A stretch of 40,004 bases of DNA. Origin: Candidatus Phycocordibacter aenigmaticus (GTDB taxonomy: Bacteria; Patescibacteriota; Minisyncoccia; Phycocordibacterales; UBA2163). The notes beneath the pieces were generated by a model. The model saw only the letters and a program-made list of their open reading frames with translations. It was not told where the DNA came from and made no database searches. Below, piece by piece: positions 8,262 through 17,320 of the stretch; positions within the stretch are counted from its first letter, which is position 1, and every line of letters starts with the position of its first letter. The DNA is taken from the NCBI GenBank assembly GCA_002327585.1, contig DCWL01000002.1:1-40004 (forward strand), given 5' to 3'. Made by a program: the position numbers and the translations under genes.

Positions 8262-9275
8262 ATGTCATTTTTTAATCCAAAATTGGGAATTGATTTGGGC
8301 ACTACATATACTCTTGTATATATGCCTGGAAAGGGTGTTGTCCTAAATGAGCCCTCCGTTGTTGCGGTCTCCGAGCAGGATAATAAAATCTTGGCAGTTG
8401 GTAATGAGGCAAAGGAAATGATAGGAAGGACTCCGGAGAGCATAATAGCGTATCGTCCGATGAAAGACGGAGTCATTGCAGATTACAGAGTGACTGAAGC
8501 GATGTTGCGCTACTATATGAGAAAAGCGCTCGGCAAATGGAATCTTTTCAAGCCGGAGGTTATGGTTTCTGTACCAGCGGGAGTAACATCAACGGAAAAA
8601 CGTGCAGTTATTGAAGCAACGATGAAAGCCGGAGCAAAAAGCGTTTATGTGGTCAAAGAGCCGATACTTGCGGCCATTGGAGCGGGTATTCCGATTCATG
8701 AAGCGCGCGGGCATATGATAGTTGACAGCGGAGGAGGAACTATTGATGTTGCAGTGATTTCTCTCGGAGGAATTGTTGCTTCCACATCCGTCAAATGCGC
8801 GGGCAACAGAATTGACAGAGCGATTGCGGATTATATCAAAAAGACTTTTAATCTGGCGATAGGGGACAAGACATCGGAGGATATTAAAATAAAGATAGGT
8901 TCGGCAGTTCAAGTTGAGGAGGATATGACGATGATTATAAAAGGAAGGGATTTTCTCACAGGACTTCCGCGCTCCGCTGAGGTAAAAACAAATGAAATTG
9001 TCAAAGCCATAAACAGAGAACTGCGCGAGATGATAAAAGCGATAAAGACAGTTCTGCAGGAAACGCCCCCTGAACTCTCAGCGGACATCATAGACCGCGG
9101 GATTATAACAACAGGAGGCACGTCGCAGTTGAGAAATTTTCCCGATCTGGTATTCAAGCGTACTGGAGTAAAAGCGGTTTTGGCAGATGAAGCGGCGTTT
9201 TGTGTCGCCAAAGGCACTGGCATTGCGCTTGATCATCTGGAGATATACAAAAAAAGCATCTTAGCAAAACGATAA
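8262..9275 (+). CDS. mreB: rod shape-determining protein MreB
   Basis: GIDLGT, EPSVVA, RPMKDGVIAD, DSGGGT. Confidence 0.96.
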   Translation: MSFFNPKLGIDLGTTYTLVYMPGKGVVLNEPSVVAVSEQDNKILAVGNEAKEMIGRTPESIIAYRPMKDGVIADYRVTEAMLRYYMRKALGKWNLFKPEVMVSVPAGVTSTEKRAVIEATMKAGAKSVYVVKEPILAAIGAGIPIHEARGHMIVDSGGGTIDVAVISLGGIVASTSVKCAGNRIDRAIADYIKKTFNLAIGDKTSEDIKIKIGSAVQVEEDMTMIIKGRDFLTGLPRSAEVKTNEIVKAINRELREMIKAIKTVLQETPPELSADIIDRGIITTGGTSQLRNFPDLVFKRTGVKAVLADEAAFCVAKGTGIALDHLEIYKKSILAKR

Positions 9276-9307
9276 AACGAACTTATCAAGCATACTATAA
9301 TGAAAAA

Positions 9308-9892
9308 ATGTTGGAGAATAAGATTAACTACACAATAGGAATAGACGAGGCAGGCAGGGGCCCTCTTGCAGGACCTGTTGCTGTGGGTGTGGTGCTTATA
9401 CAGACAGGTTTTAATAGAAGATTTTTCAGTGGCATTCGAGATTCTAAACAGCTTACAGAAATTCAGAGGGAAAAATGGTTCGGAAAAATGGAAGAAAACA
9501 AAAACATACGACATGCCGTATGTTTTACGAACGCGGGGCAAATTGATAAGTTCGGCATTGTAAAGTCAGTAAATAAAGCGATGAAGAGAGCTTTAGAAAG
9601 ATTAAATGTTTCTTCAAAACAATGCCGTGTGCTTTTAGATGGCAGGCTTAAAGCGCCGAGTATATACAAGCTTCAAAAGACAATAATAAAAGGGGATGAA
9701 AAAGAGCCAATAATCTCGCTTGCTTCGGTCGTTGCAAAAGTAAAAAGGGACAGAAAAATGATACGTCTTGCCAAACGCTATCCGAAGTATTGTTTTGAAA
9801 AGCATAAAGGATACGGAACAAGACTACACTACAAAAAAATAAAAAAATACGGCCCCTGTACTCTCCACCGCAGAAGTTTTATAATCAAGTGA
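9308..9892 (+). CDS. rnhB: ribonuclease HII
   Basis: GIDEAGRGPLAGP, DSKQL, ASVVAKVKRD, HKGYGT, HRRSF. Confidence 0.96.
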   Translation: MLENKINYTIGIDEAGRGPLAGPVAVGVVLIQTGFNRRFFSGIRDSKQLTEIQREKWFGKMEENKNIRHAVCFTNAGQIDKFGIVKSVNKAMKRALERLNVSSKQCRVLLDGRLKAPSIYKLQKTIIKGDEKEPIISLASVVAKVKRDRKMIRLAKRYPKYCFEKHKGYGTRLHYKKIKKYGPCTLHRRSFIIK

Positions 9893-9928
9893 TTTGCTAA
9901 ATCTTCTTTATTTTAGTATACTTTTTTT

Positions 9929-10225
9929 ATGTCAGTTAGAATGCGACATACAAAAGGGCATACGGGAAATAGACGTTCCCATCACGCGCTCAAAGAGCAG
10001 CGGCTTTCCTTGTGTCCTGACTGCAAAGCGCCGCATAACCGCCATAGCATATGCGGTGCATGCGGAAGGTACAGAGGAAGAGTCGTAATTGATATGACCG
10101 CAAAACTTGAGAAAAAGCAGGCTAAAATAAAGGACAAAGACAAAAAAAGAAATGAGGAAGCCACAAAAGAACCAGAAGAAACAGCAGAGAAACCACTTGA
10201 TGCGGCAGAGTTGTCAAAAAAATAG
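9929..10225 (+). CDS. rpmF: 50S ribosomal protein L32 with charged C-terminal tail
   Basis: RRSHHAL..CPDC..H..CGACGRYRGR. Confidence 0.93.
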   Translation: MSVRMRHTKGHTGNRRSHHALKEQRLSLCPDCKAPHNRHSICGACGRYRGRVVIDMTAKLEKKQAKIKDKDKKRNEEATKEPEETAEKPLDAAELSKK

Positions 10226-10284
10226 AAAGTTATCTACAATCAGACATTTGTCTCATTGATATCTGATGGTATAAAAGATAAATA

Positions 10285-11211
10285 ATGTCTAACAGGCACC
10301 TTTCAAGATCAATAGTACTTCAGACACTGTTTGAATTAGACTTCAACGGTCTTATTGGTGGAAAAGAAAAAATAAAAGATCTTGAAACGGCGCTTGCTCG
10401 AGTTGCCGAAGAATTTGCTCCCGGTATGGGGGATTTTTCATTTGTAGGACAGCTTCTGGAGAATATAATAGATAAGCAAAAAGATATTGATATTATAATA
10501 GAAAAAGCTGCCCCTGAATGGCCAATTGAAAAGATCTCAATTGTGGACAGGAACATACTTCGCATAGGATTATATGAGCTTCTATTTTCTGACAAGAAAG
10601 AAGTACCCGCAAAAGTTGCGATAAATGAAGCAATCGAGCTTGCAAAGACATTCGGTGGAGAATCGAGCGGACGATTCGTAAATGGTGTTCTCGGCGCTGT
10701 GTATAAGGAGATAGGCGAGCCAGGCAAGGACGAGGTTTCTAAAAAGAAGATAAAGAAGAAAATAGAAGATATCCCGTATGAGAAAATGCCAATTGAAAGA
10801 CTCGGCGGAGCGGTTGTCTATGCAAAAGATAAAAAAGAGATATACTTAGCTCTTGTCCATGATGTTTTCGGTCACTGGACACTTTCGAAAGGACGTATAG
10901 AAAAGGGGGAAGATGAAAAGAAGGGAACAGTACGTGAAATAAAAGAAGAACTCGGTATAGATATAAAGATTAAAGAAAAACTCGGTGAAAATGAATATGT
11001 TGCAAACGATCCGAAGATTGGTAAAAAACGCAAACAAGTCACATACTTTCTGAGTGAAGCAAAATTTCAAGATTTGACACTGGGTTCTTCCGGAGGTCTT
11101 GATGACGCAAAATGGTTTAAGTTTTCAGATATTTTAGATCTGAATTTCTATGACGATATTTTGCCGATAGTAACAAAGGCCATTAATATACTTTTAAAAC
11201 GAAAAACCTAA
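10285..11211 (+). CDS. nusB: NusB fused to a C-terminal Nudix hydrolase
   Basis: [37 protein letters not shown]; Nudix box [23 protein letters not shown]. Confidence 0.92.
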   Translation: MSNRHLSRSIVLQTLFELDFNGLIGGKEKIKDLETALARVAEEFAPGMGDFSFVGQLLENIIDKQKDIDIIIEKAAPEWPIEKISIVDRNILRIGLYELLFSDKKEVPAKVAINEAIELAKTFGGESSGRFVNGVLGAVYKEIGEPGKDEVSKKKIKKKIEDIPYEKMPIERLGGAVVYAKDKKEIYLALVHDVFGHWTLSKGRIEKGEDEKKGTVREIKEELGIDIKIKEKLGENEYVANDPKIGKKRKQVTYFLSEAKFQDLTLGSSGGLDDAKWFKFSDILDLNFYDDILPIVTKAINILLKRKT

Positions 11212-11219
11212 AACGAAAA

Positions 11220-11918
11220 ATGCAAAATAATAACTTTAAACAATTTGAAGATAAAATAGGAATTACATTTAAAAATAAGAACTTGCTTATGCAGGCTTTT
11301 CTTCATCGTTCATATTTAAACGAAAACAAAGGATTGAAAATGGACCATAATGAAAGGCTTGAGTTTCTGGGCGATGCTGTTCTTGAACTTGTAGTAACAG
11401 AATATCTTTACGGTAAATATCCCAAAAAGCCGGAAGGAGATTTAACTTCATATCGCGCGGCACTTGTAAATACAAACACTCTCTCATCTGTTGCGAATAC
11501 ACTTAATATGAATGAATTTCTGTTGCTCTCAAAGGGGGAGGCAAGAGACACAGGGCGAGCAAGGCAGTACATTCTGGCAAATACTTTTGAATCGTTTGTA
11601 GGCGCGCTTTATCTTGATCAAGGGTATGAAACAACAAGAGATTTCATCGCAAAGAATCTATTTCCTCTCACAGATGAAATAGTTGCTAAAGGACTTTGGC
11701 AGGACAGCAAAAGCCGTTTTCAAGAAATTGCTCAGGAGAAAGTCGGTGTTACGCCACAGTATAAGACAGTTCAGGAAATAGGACCCGACCATGCTAAAAA
11801 CTTTGTCGTAGGCGTATATCTCAAAGATGAGTTTGTAGGAGAAGGAGAAGGGAAATCAAAGCAGGAAGCAGAGCAGGAAGCGGCACAAAAAGCACTTGAA
11901 GCAAGAAATTGGAGTTAA
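11220..11918 (+). CDS. rnc: ribonuclease III
   Basis: NERLEFLGDAVL; C-terminal dsRBD (GPDH..F, GKSKQEAEQEAA). Confidence 0.97.
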   Translation: MQNNNFKQFEDKIGITFKNKNLLMQAFLHRSYLNENKGLKMDHNERLEFLGDAVLELVVTEYLYGKYPKKPEGDLTSYRAALVNTNTLSSVANTLNMNEFLLLSKGEARDTGRARQYILANTFESFVGALYLDQGYETTRDFIAKNLFPLTDEIVAKGLWQDSKSRFQEIAQEKVGVTPQYKTVQEIGPDHAKNFVVGVYLKDEFVGEGEGKSKQEAEQEAAQKALEARNWS

Positions 11919-11963
11919 AAACCATTTGGCGCGAGGTATTAAAATGGATTGAGCCAATATAAT

Positions 11964-11992
11964 AAAAAAGGAGGAACTGATTCAGTTCCTCC
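11964..11992 (-). terminator. intrinsic terminator of the Nudix cassette
   Basis: GGAGGAACTGA-t-TCAGTTCCTCC with A6 on + strand. Confidence 0.75.
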
Positions 11993-12006
11993 CGTCAGTA
12001 GGCTCG

Positions 12007-12456
12007 TTATGGCTTGTCGCCAAAGTCGATAAAGTATTCTGTCAACCCTTCTGCATGATTTTGAACAATATCTCCTTTTGCAATCATCTTTTTTATTTCA
12101 TCAGGAGAAAAGGTTTCAGCCCTCTCAATTTCTTTTTTTGGTTTTAATTTGCCGTTATAATAATCTGCTTTAAATACAACAAAATCATGACTGTCGAGAT
12201 GTTTTATAAATAATACATCTTGCTCAGTTGGTTCAAAAATAATTACATCTACTTCATCGGAAATTTCTCTCATAACTGTTCTCTCCGGAGAATAATTGTC
12301 CATTGCTTTTGGTCTTCCACCAGGTAACTTCCAAAGTTTTTTCTCGAATCCTCCTTTTTCTTGAATAAGGGGGATTTTACCATCTTGATAATCTGAAATT
12401 ATTCCAAATACCGCATAATCTTTTCCTATATTTGTTAGAGTTTCTGCATTGTTCAA
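12007..12456 (-). CDS. Nudix-family protein with degenerate box
   Basis: WKLPGG…ERTVMREISDEVDV; TTG start with SD AGAAAGGTAGG. Confidence 0.8.
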   Translation of the reverse strand: MNNAETLTNIGKDYAVFGIISDYQDGKIPLIQEKGGFEKKLWKLPGGRPKAMDNYSPERTVMREISDEVDVIIFEPTEQDVLFIKHLDSHDFVVFKADYYNGKLKPKKEIERAETFSPDEIKKMIAKGDIVQNHAEGLTEYFIDFGDKP

Positions 12457-12527
12457 AATATACCTACCTTTCTCTTAAAAAATTAGAATATTTTCTATTC
12501 AATTTTCAATAATACAATTACATCTGT

Positions 12528-12556
12528 AGTCTGACATATATAATCATATATGTCAA
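12528..12556 (-). promoter_or_regulatory. promoter with embedded palindrome
   Basis: TTGACA-17-CAGACT on - strand; TGACATATA-N6-TATATGTCA at 12532-12555. Confidence 0.6.
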
Positions 12557-12621
12557 TACTCCTGTAATATGTAAGAATCCATGACGGTTTTTTTATTTTT
12601 ATAAAATTGTATAATAACTAA

Positions 12622-14886
12622 ATGTATCTTAAATCCTTAGAACTTTCCGGTTTCAAATCATTTGCTAAAAAAAGTATCTTTGATTTTACATCAGATATTT
12701 CAGGTATTGTAGGACCAAACGGCTCGGGTAAATCAAATGTTGCCGAGGCTTTTAGTTTTGCGCTTGGCGAACAGTCAATTAAATCTCTTCGCGGCAAGCG
12801 CGGAGAAGATCTTATATTTAACGGCTCAAAGGCAATACCGAGATCAAACAGGGCATCTGTTAAGGTTGTTTTTGATAACAACAAGCGTTTTTTAGATATT
12901 GATTTTGATGAAGTCACTGTTGAACGCTCTGTCCATCGCGACAGCATCAACCAATATTTCATAAACGGCTCTCAAGTTCGTCTCCGTGATGTAGTGGAAC
13001 TCTTGGCAAGTGCGAACATTGGTTCTTCTGGCCATCATATTATCTCGCAAGGAGAGGCAGACAGGATTTTAAATGCAAACATAAAAGAGCGGAAGGAAAT
13101 GATAGAAGATGCATTAGGGCTCAAGGTCTATCAATACAAAAAACAAGAGAGTGCGAGAAAACTTGAAAAAACTGAAGAAAATATTGCACAGGTTGAATCT
13201 TTGCGAAAAGAAATTGCTCCGCACATCAAGTTTTTAAAAAAACAAGTTGATAAAGTTGAAAAATCTATAGCAATGCGAGATGAATTAAAAAAACTTTCAC
13301 TTGCATATCTCAAAAGAGAGAGTGAATATATATCACATAAAAAAGCACAAATAGAAAAAGAAAAGAAAAATCCACAAGAAGAATTGAATAATCTTGAAAA
13401 AAAGCTTGAAAAGGCAAAAGAGATTCTCTCAAATAAGGATATGAGCGATGAGAAAAGCGAAGAGCTGATATCAATAGAAAAAGGACTTGCGGATATTCGC
13501 TCTGAAAAAGACGCGCTTATGCGCGATTTGGGGCGCTTTGAAGGCCAAATTGCGTTTGAAGAAAGGAGAATTGAAAAGGAGAAAAAAACACAAAAAGAGC
13601 TCGAAAGCCGCACGGTGAATTATAATGAACTAAATGAAATTGCACAAAAAGTATACAGCCAAATTGACGAAGCGCATAGACAGGATGATTTAAGTGAAAT
13701 AAAGAACACACTGGAGAGAATCGGATCTATCATAAAAGATTTTATTTCAACTACATTTTCAAGAGAGAAGGGTACTGAGGTGGATGAAAATGAACTCAAA
13801 ATCTTAAGAAACAAAAAAGTTAAGCTGGATGAGAAATTGTCAGAAGTTTCCGAAAACGAATCCTCATACAATAAAAAATATTCTGCTTTGAAAAGAGAGA
13901 TAGAGAAAGATAAAGACGATAGTCGGGAAGCAGAACGAGAAATCTTTTCAATAATGTCACACCAGAATAAGCTAAGATCAACTCTTAATATTCTCAAAAG
14001 CACAGAGAATGAAATAGCTCACAACAGTGAGGATTTTGAAAGAGAGCTTCAGGAGGTTGTAGCACTTATTGGAAGAACAGTGCTTGATTATGATAAATTC
14101 GATTTAGGCCTAAGCACCGAGGAGATTATAAATGAAGAAAGAAATATTCAAGGGGAGCGCAGGAGAAAAATTGAGAAGATAAAAATACGCCTTGAAGAAT
14201 TCGGAGGCGGTTCGGGGGAAGATGTAATAAAAGAATATAAAGAAGTGACACAAAGAGATGAATTTCTTGAGCGCGAGGTTGCTGATCTGGAGAAATCTGC
14301 AGAATCCCTGAAAGATTTGATAAAAGATTTGGAGAACAAATTAAATACTCAGTTTAAAAACGGAATCGAAAAAATAAACAAAGAATTTCAGAAATTTTTT
14401 GAACTTATGTTCGGCGGAGGCACAGCATTTCTTTCTGTAATAAAAGAGAAAAAAAGAAAAAGAATTTCTACTGATGAAGATATACTAAATTATGCGGATA
14501 TTGAGGATGAAATACCTGAAGAAGAGGAGCAAGAGGGGATAGAGATTAATGTCAGTCTTCCTCATAAAAGGATAAAAGGACTTGTAATGCTCTCAGGTGG
14601 TGAGCGGGCGCTTACTTCTATTGCTCTTTTATTTGCGATGTCGCAGGTGAACCCTCCGCCGTTTCTAGTGCTTGATGAGACTGATGCGGCGCTTGATGAG
14701 GCTAATTCAAAGCGGTACGGTGATATGATAGAAAATCTCTCCAAGTTTTCTCAATTGATTTTGATTACTCATAACAGGGAGACGATGAGTCGTGCTGGTG
14801 TTCTCTACGGCGTTACAATGGGTGCCGACGGGATATCCAAACTCCTTTCTGTCAAATTCGAGGAAGCTGTTCATATAGCGAAATAA
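12622..14886 (+). CDS. smc: short SMC-family ATPase
   Basis: MYLKSLELSGFKSF, GPNGSGKSN, LSGGE, LDETDAALD; coiled-coil middle. Confidence 0.9.
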   Translation: MYLKSLELSGFKSFAKKSIFDFTSDISGIVGPNGSGKSNVAEAFSFALGEQSIKSLRGKRGEDLIFNGSKAIPRSNRASVKVVFDNNKRFLDIDFDEVTVERSVHRDSINQYFINGSQVRLRDVVELLASANIGSSGHHIISQGEADRILNANIKERKEMIEDALGLKVYQYKKQESARKLEKTEENIAQVESLRKEIAPHIKFLKKQVDKVEKSIAMRDELKKLSLAYLKRESEYISHKKAQIEKEKKNPQEELNNLEKKLEKAKEILSNKDMSDEKSEELISIEKGLADIRSEKDALMRDLGRFEGQIAFEERRIEKEKKTQKELESRTVNYNELNEIAQKVYSQIDEAHRQDDLSEIKNTLERIGSIIKDFISTTFSREKGTEVDENELKILRNKKVKLDEKLSEVSENESSYNKKYSALKREIEKDKDDSREAEREIFSIMSHQNKLRSTLNILKSTENEIAHNSEDFERELQEVVALIGRTVLDYDKFDLGLSTEEIINEERNIQGERRRKIEKIKIRLEEFGGGSGEDVIKEYKEVTQRDEFLEREVADLEKSAESLKDLIKDLENKLNTQFKNGIEKINKEFQKFFELMFGGGTAFLSVIKEKKRKRISTDEDILNYADIEDEIPEEEEQEGIEINVSLPHKRIKGLVMLSGGERALTSIALLFAMSQVNPPPFLVLDETDAALDEANSKRYGDMIENLSKFSQLILITHNRETMSRAGVLYGVTMGADGISKLLSVKFEEAVHIAK

Positions 14887-14973
14887 GATTGACAAAGATA
14901 ACAGATTTTGATATTAGTTAGGAAGTTTAATCAAAGAAATCTTTTTTTGGCAACTATAGAAAGGAAGTTCATT

Positions 14974-15174
14974 TTGAAATCAATAAAAATATGTCCTAAG
15001 TGCCATAAACGGATTCAAGCAATTGGATGTGAAAATTGGAAAGAGGTTCATGAAGATTTTATTGAGAGAAAAATCAAGCCATTTTTAGCAGGTGTACCAG
15101 GTAGCGAAAAAATAGGAGATTACTCTCTTGAAAAAAAAATATGTTCACATTGTGTAAAACAGGGGTTTGTTTAA
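14974..15174 (+). CDS. small CxxC…CxxC (zinc-ribbon-like) hypothetical protein
   Basis: TTG start at 14974 with SD AGAAAGGA (14958-65); TTGACA at 14889; CPKC and CSHC. Confidence 0.65.
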   Translation: MKSIKICPKCHKRIQAIGCENWKEVHEDFIERKIKPFLAGVPGSEKIGDYSLEKKICSHCVKQGFV

Positions 15175-15189
15175 CCCCTGTTTTTTTTT
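15156..15189 (+). terminator. intrinsic terminator overlapping the stop codon
   Basis: AAAACAGGGGTT/AACCCCTGTTTT plus T run. Confidence 0.8.
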
Positions 15190-15214
15190 GCATTTTTAAG
15201 CTAATATAATATAA

Positions 15215-15949
15215 ATGGAAAAGCAAAAAAAAGGTCATATTCATCCCATAACATCTATGATACAGGAGATAAACTCCATTTTTTTTGATATGGGTTTTGA
15301 GATAGCAAATGGACCTGAAATGGAGTCCGAATACTATAATTTTGATGCTTTAAATATTCCTGAAAATCATCCTGCGCGCGATATGCAGGCCACTTTTTGG
15401 ATTAAAGGTAAGAAGAAAACTGTCTTAAGAACGCATGTTTCTAACATTCAAGTACGATATATGGAGGGAAATAAACCTCCATTTAAGATAGTCTATCTCG
15501 GACGTGCCTTTAGAAATGAAGCAACCGACTCAACACATGAAGCGCAGTTTCATCAATTTGAAACACTGGTAATAGGAAAAGATATCAATTTATCAAACAT
15601 GAAAGCTGTGATAACAACTTTTATAAAAAAAGTTTTTGGGAATGATGTAAAAATACGCATGAGACCAGGATTTTTCCCATTCGTTGAACCAGGAATGGAG
15701 GTTGATATATCTTGTTTCAAGTGTGATGGCACAGGATACTGTTCTATATGTAAAAATACTGGGTGGATAGAAGTACTAGGCGCAGGAATGGTTCATCCGA
15801 ATGTGTTGAAGAATGGAAGAATTGATCCGAAAGAATGGCAAGGCTTTGCCTTTGGTGTTGGGCTGGACAGAATCGTAATGCTTAAGTATAAAATTAATGA
15901 TATACGATTGCTCTATAATGGAGATTTAAGGTTCGTTCAACAATTTTAA
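15215..15949 (+). CDS. pheS: phenylalanine-tRNA ligase alpha subunit (N-terminally short)
   Basis: NFDALNIPENHPAR, FRNE..D.TH..QFHQ, FPFVEP, GAGMVHP, FGVGLDR. Confidence 0.96.
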   Translation: MEKQKKGHIHPITSMIQEINSIFFDMGFEIANGPEMESEYYNFDALNIPENHPARDMQATFWIKGKKKTVLRTHVSNIQVRYMEGNKPPFKIVYLGRAFRNEATDSTHEAQFHQFETLVIGKDINLSNMKAVITTFIKKVFGNDVKIRMRPGFFPFVEPGMEVDISCFKCDGTGYCSICKNTGWIEVLGAGMVHPNVLKNGRIDPKEWQGFAFGVGLDRIVMLKYKINDIRLLYNGDLRFVQQF

Positions 15950-15954
15950 AGAAT

Positions 15955-17217
15955 ATGCAGGCCAGTTACAGCAAATTACAGGAATATTTTAGTGAAAAAT
16001 TACCAGATCCGGAGAAGCTGGCGGAGCTTTTGACGTTCCACTCATATGAAGTCACAGGTATTAAAAAGGTGAATGGGGATTATATTTTTGACATAGATGT
16101 ATTGCCAAATCGTGCTGGCGACTCATCTGAAGATGCCGGTGTTGTAAAAGAAATATCCGCTATTTTAAATACTCCGTTTAAGAAAAAGCCTTTTGAAAAA
16201 AAAGAAAGTACATTGAAAATAAGTGTTTCAGGGCTTGAAATAAACAAGCTTTTAGGGTCTGATATACCAGCAGAAGAGATTGAAAATATATTTAAGCGAT
16301 TAGGATTTGAATATAAGATAAAAGAAGACGAATTTACTGTATCAGTTCCGTTTGAGAGGACGGATCTAAAAATAAAAGCGGATTTGATAGAAGAAGTTAC
16401 AAGGATATACGGATATGAAAATATCGAAGCGAAGTTGCCGGAAAAAGCAGAAAAAGCTCCTAAGGTGGATAAGAAATTCTATTATACGAACAAAATAAAA
16501 AACATACTTTCCAATGAGGGATTTTCTGAGGTGTATATGTATTCTTTCAGAGACAGCGGTGAAGTGGAAATTGAAAAACCATTTGCATCTGACAAAAATT
16601 TTTTAAGGAAAGACTTACGCGTTGGTCTTGAGAGTGCATTAAAGCAAAATATTAGAAATATACCACTTTTAGAAGGTAATGAAATTAAAATTTTTGAAAT
16701 TGGAAATATATTTAATGAAAATAAAGAATATACATCTTTAGGGATAGTACATTCCGGTGGTTTAGGAAAAGTAGAAGACATTGTAAATAAATTATCAGAA
16801 ACTTTAGGTGTTAAAATTGAAGGTGATATAAAAGAAAATGTTTTTGAGGGGAATTTTAATAATTTACTTGACAAACTTCCTGAACCGCCAGAATTTTATG
16901 AAAAGTTTGAAAAACCAAAGAAAGACATTACGTTTAGTCCGATTTTTCCATATCCATTTGTACTTCGAGACATTGCAGTTTTCGTTCCGAAAGATGTATT
17001 GGCTAATGATGTGCTTAATATAATTAAAAAAGAGGGGGGTGTGCTTTTAGTAAACACAAAACTTTTTGATGTATTTGAAAAAGATGATAAAGTTTCTTAT
17101 GCATTTAACCTCGTATTCCAGTCACAAGAAAAGACATTATCTGATGATGAAGTGAATAAAATAATGGATCATGTTACCACTTTTCTAAATAGTAAAGATG
17201 GATGGAAAGTGAGGTGA
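15955..17217 (+). CDS. pheT: phenylalanine-tRNA ligase beta subunit (reduced, 420 aa)
   Basis: DVLPNR, RTDLKIKADLIEEVTRIYGY (B5), RDIAV…TLSDDEV (FDX-ACB). Confidence 0.92.
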   Translation: MQASYSKLQEYFSEKLPDPEKLAELLTFHSYEVTGIKKVNGDYIFDIDVLPNRAGDSSEDAGVVKEISAILNTPFKKKPFEKKESTLKISVSGLEINKLLGSDIPAEEIENIFKRLGFEYKIKEDEFTVSVPFERTDLKIKADLIEEVTRIYGYENIEAKLPEKAEKAPKVDKKFYYTNKIKNILSNEGFSEVYMYSFRDSGEVEIEKPFASDKNFLRKDLRVGLESALKQNIRNIPLLEGNEIKIFEIGNIFNENKEYTSLGIVHSGGLGKVEDIVNKLSETLGVKIEGDIKENVFEGNFNNLLDKLPEPPEFYEKFEKPKKDITFSPIFPYPFVLRDIAVFVPKDVLANDVLNIIKKEGGVLLVNTKLFDVFEKDDKVSYAFNLVFQSQEKTLSDDEVNKIMDHVTTFLNSKDGWKVR

Positions 17218-17249
17218 AATAGGCTATTTTTCTATCCACAAAATTTGGG

Positions 17250-17285
17250 AAATCCCTTGAATTTTAAGGGATTTTTTGCTATAAT
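17250..17285 (+). promoter_or_regulatory. gyrB promoter overlapped by an inverted repeat (possibly also the pheT terminator)
   Basis: AAATCCCTT-N7-AAGGGATTT; TTGAAT…TG-C-TATAAT. Confidence 0.6.
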
Positions 17286-17320
17286 TCATATATAAAAAGG
17301 GCTTTAAAATCCGTTATTTT

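Noticed and set aside
14908-14973. Longer N-terminus for the zinc-ribbon ORF (and likewise 33981-34010, 31199-31381)
   Set aside because: The extensions overlap predicted promoters/SDs or the divergent gene; downstream starts have better signals.
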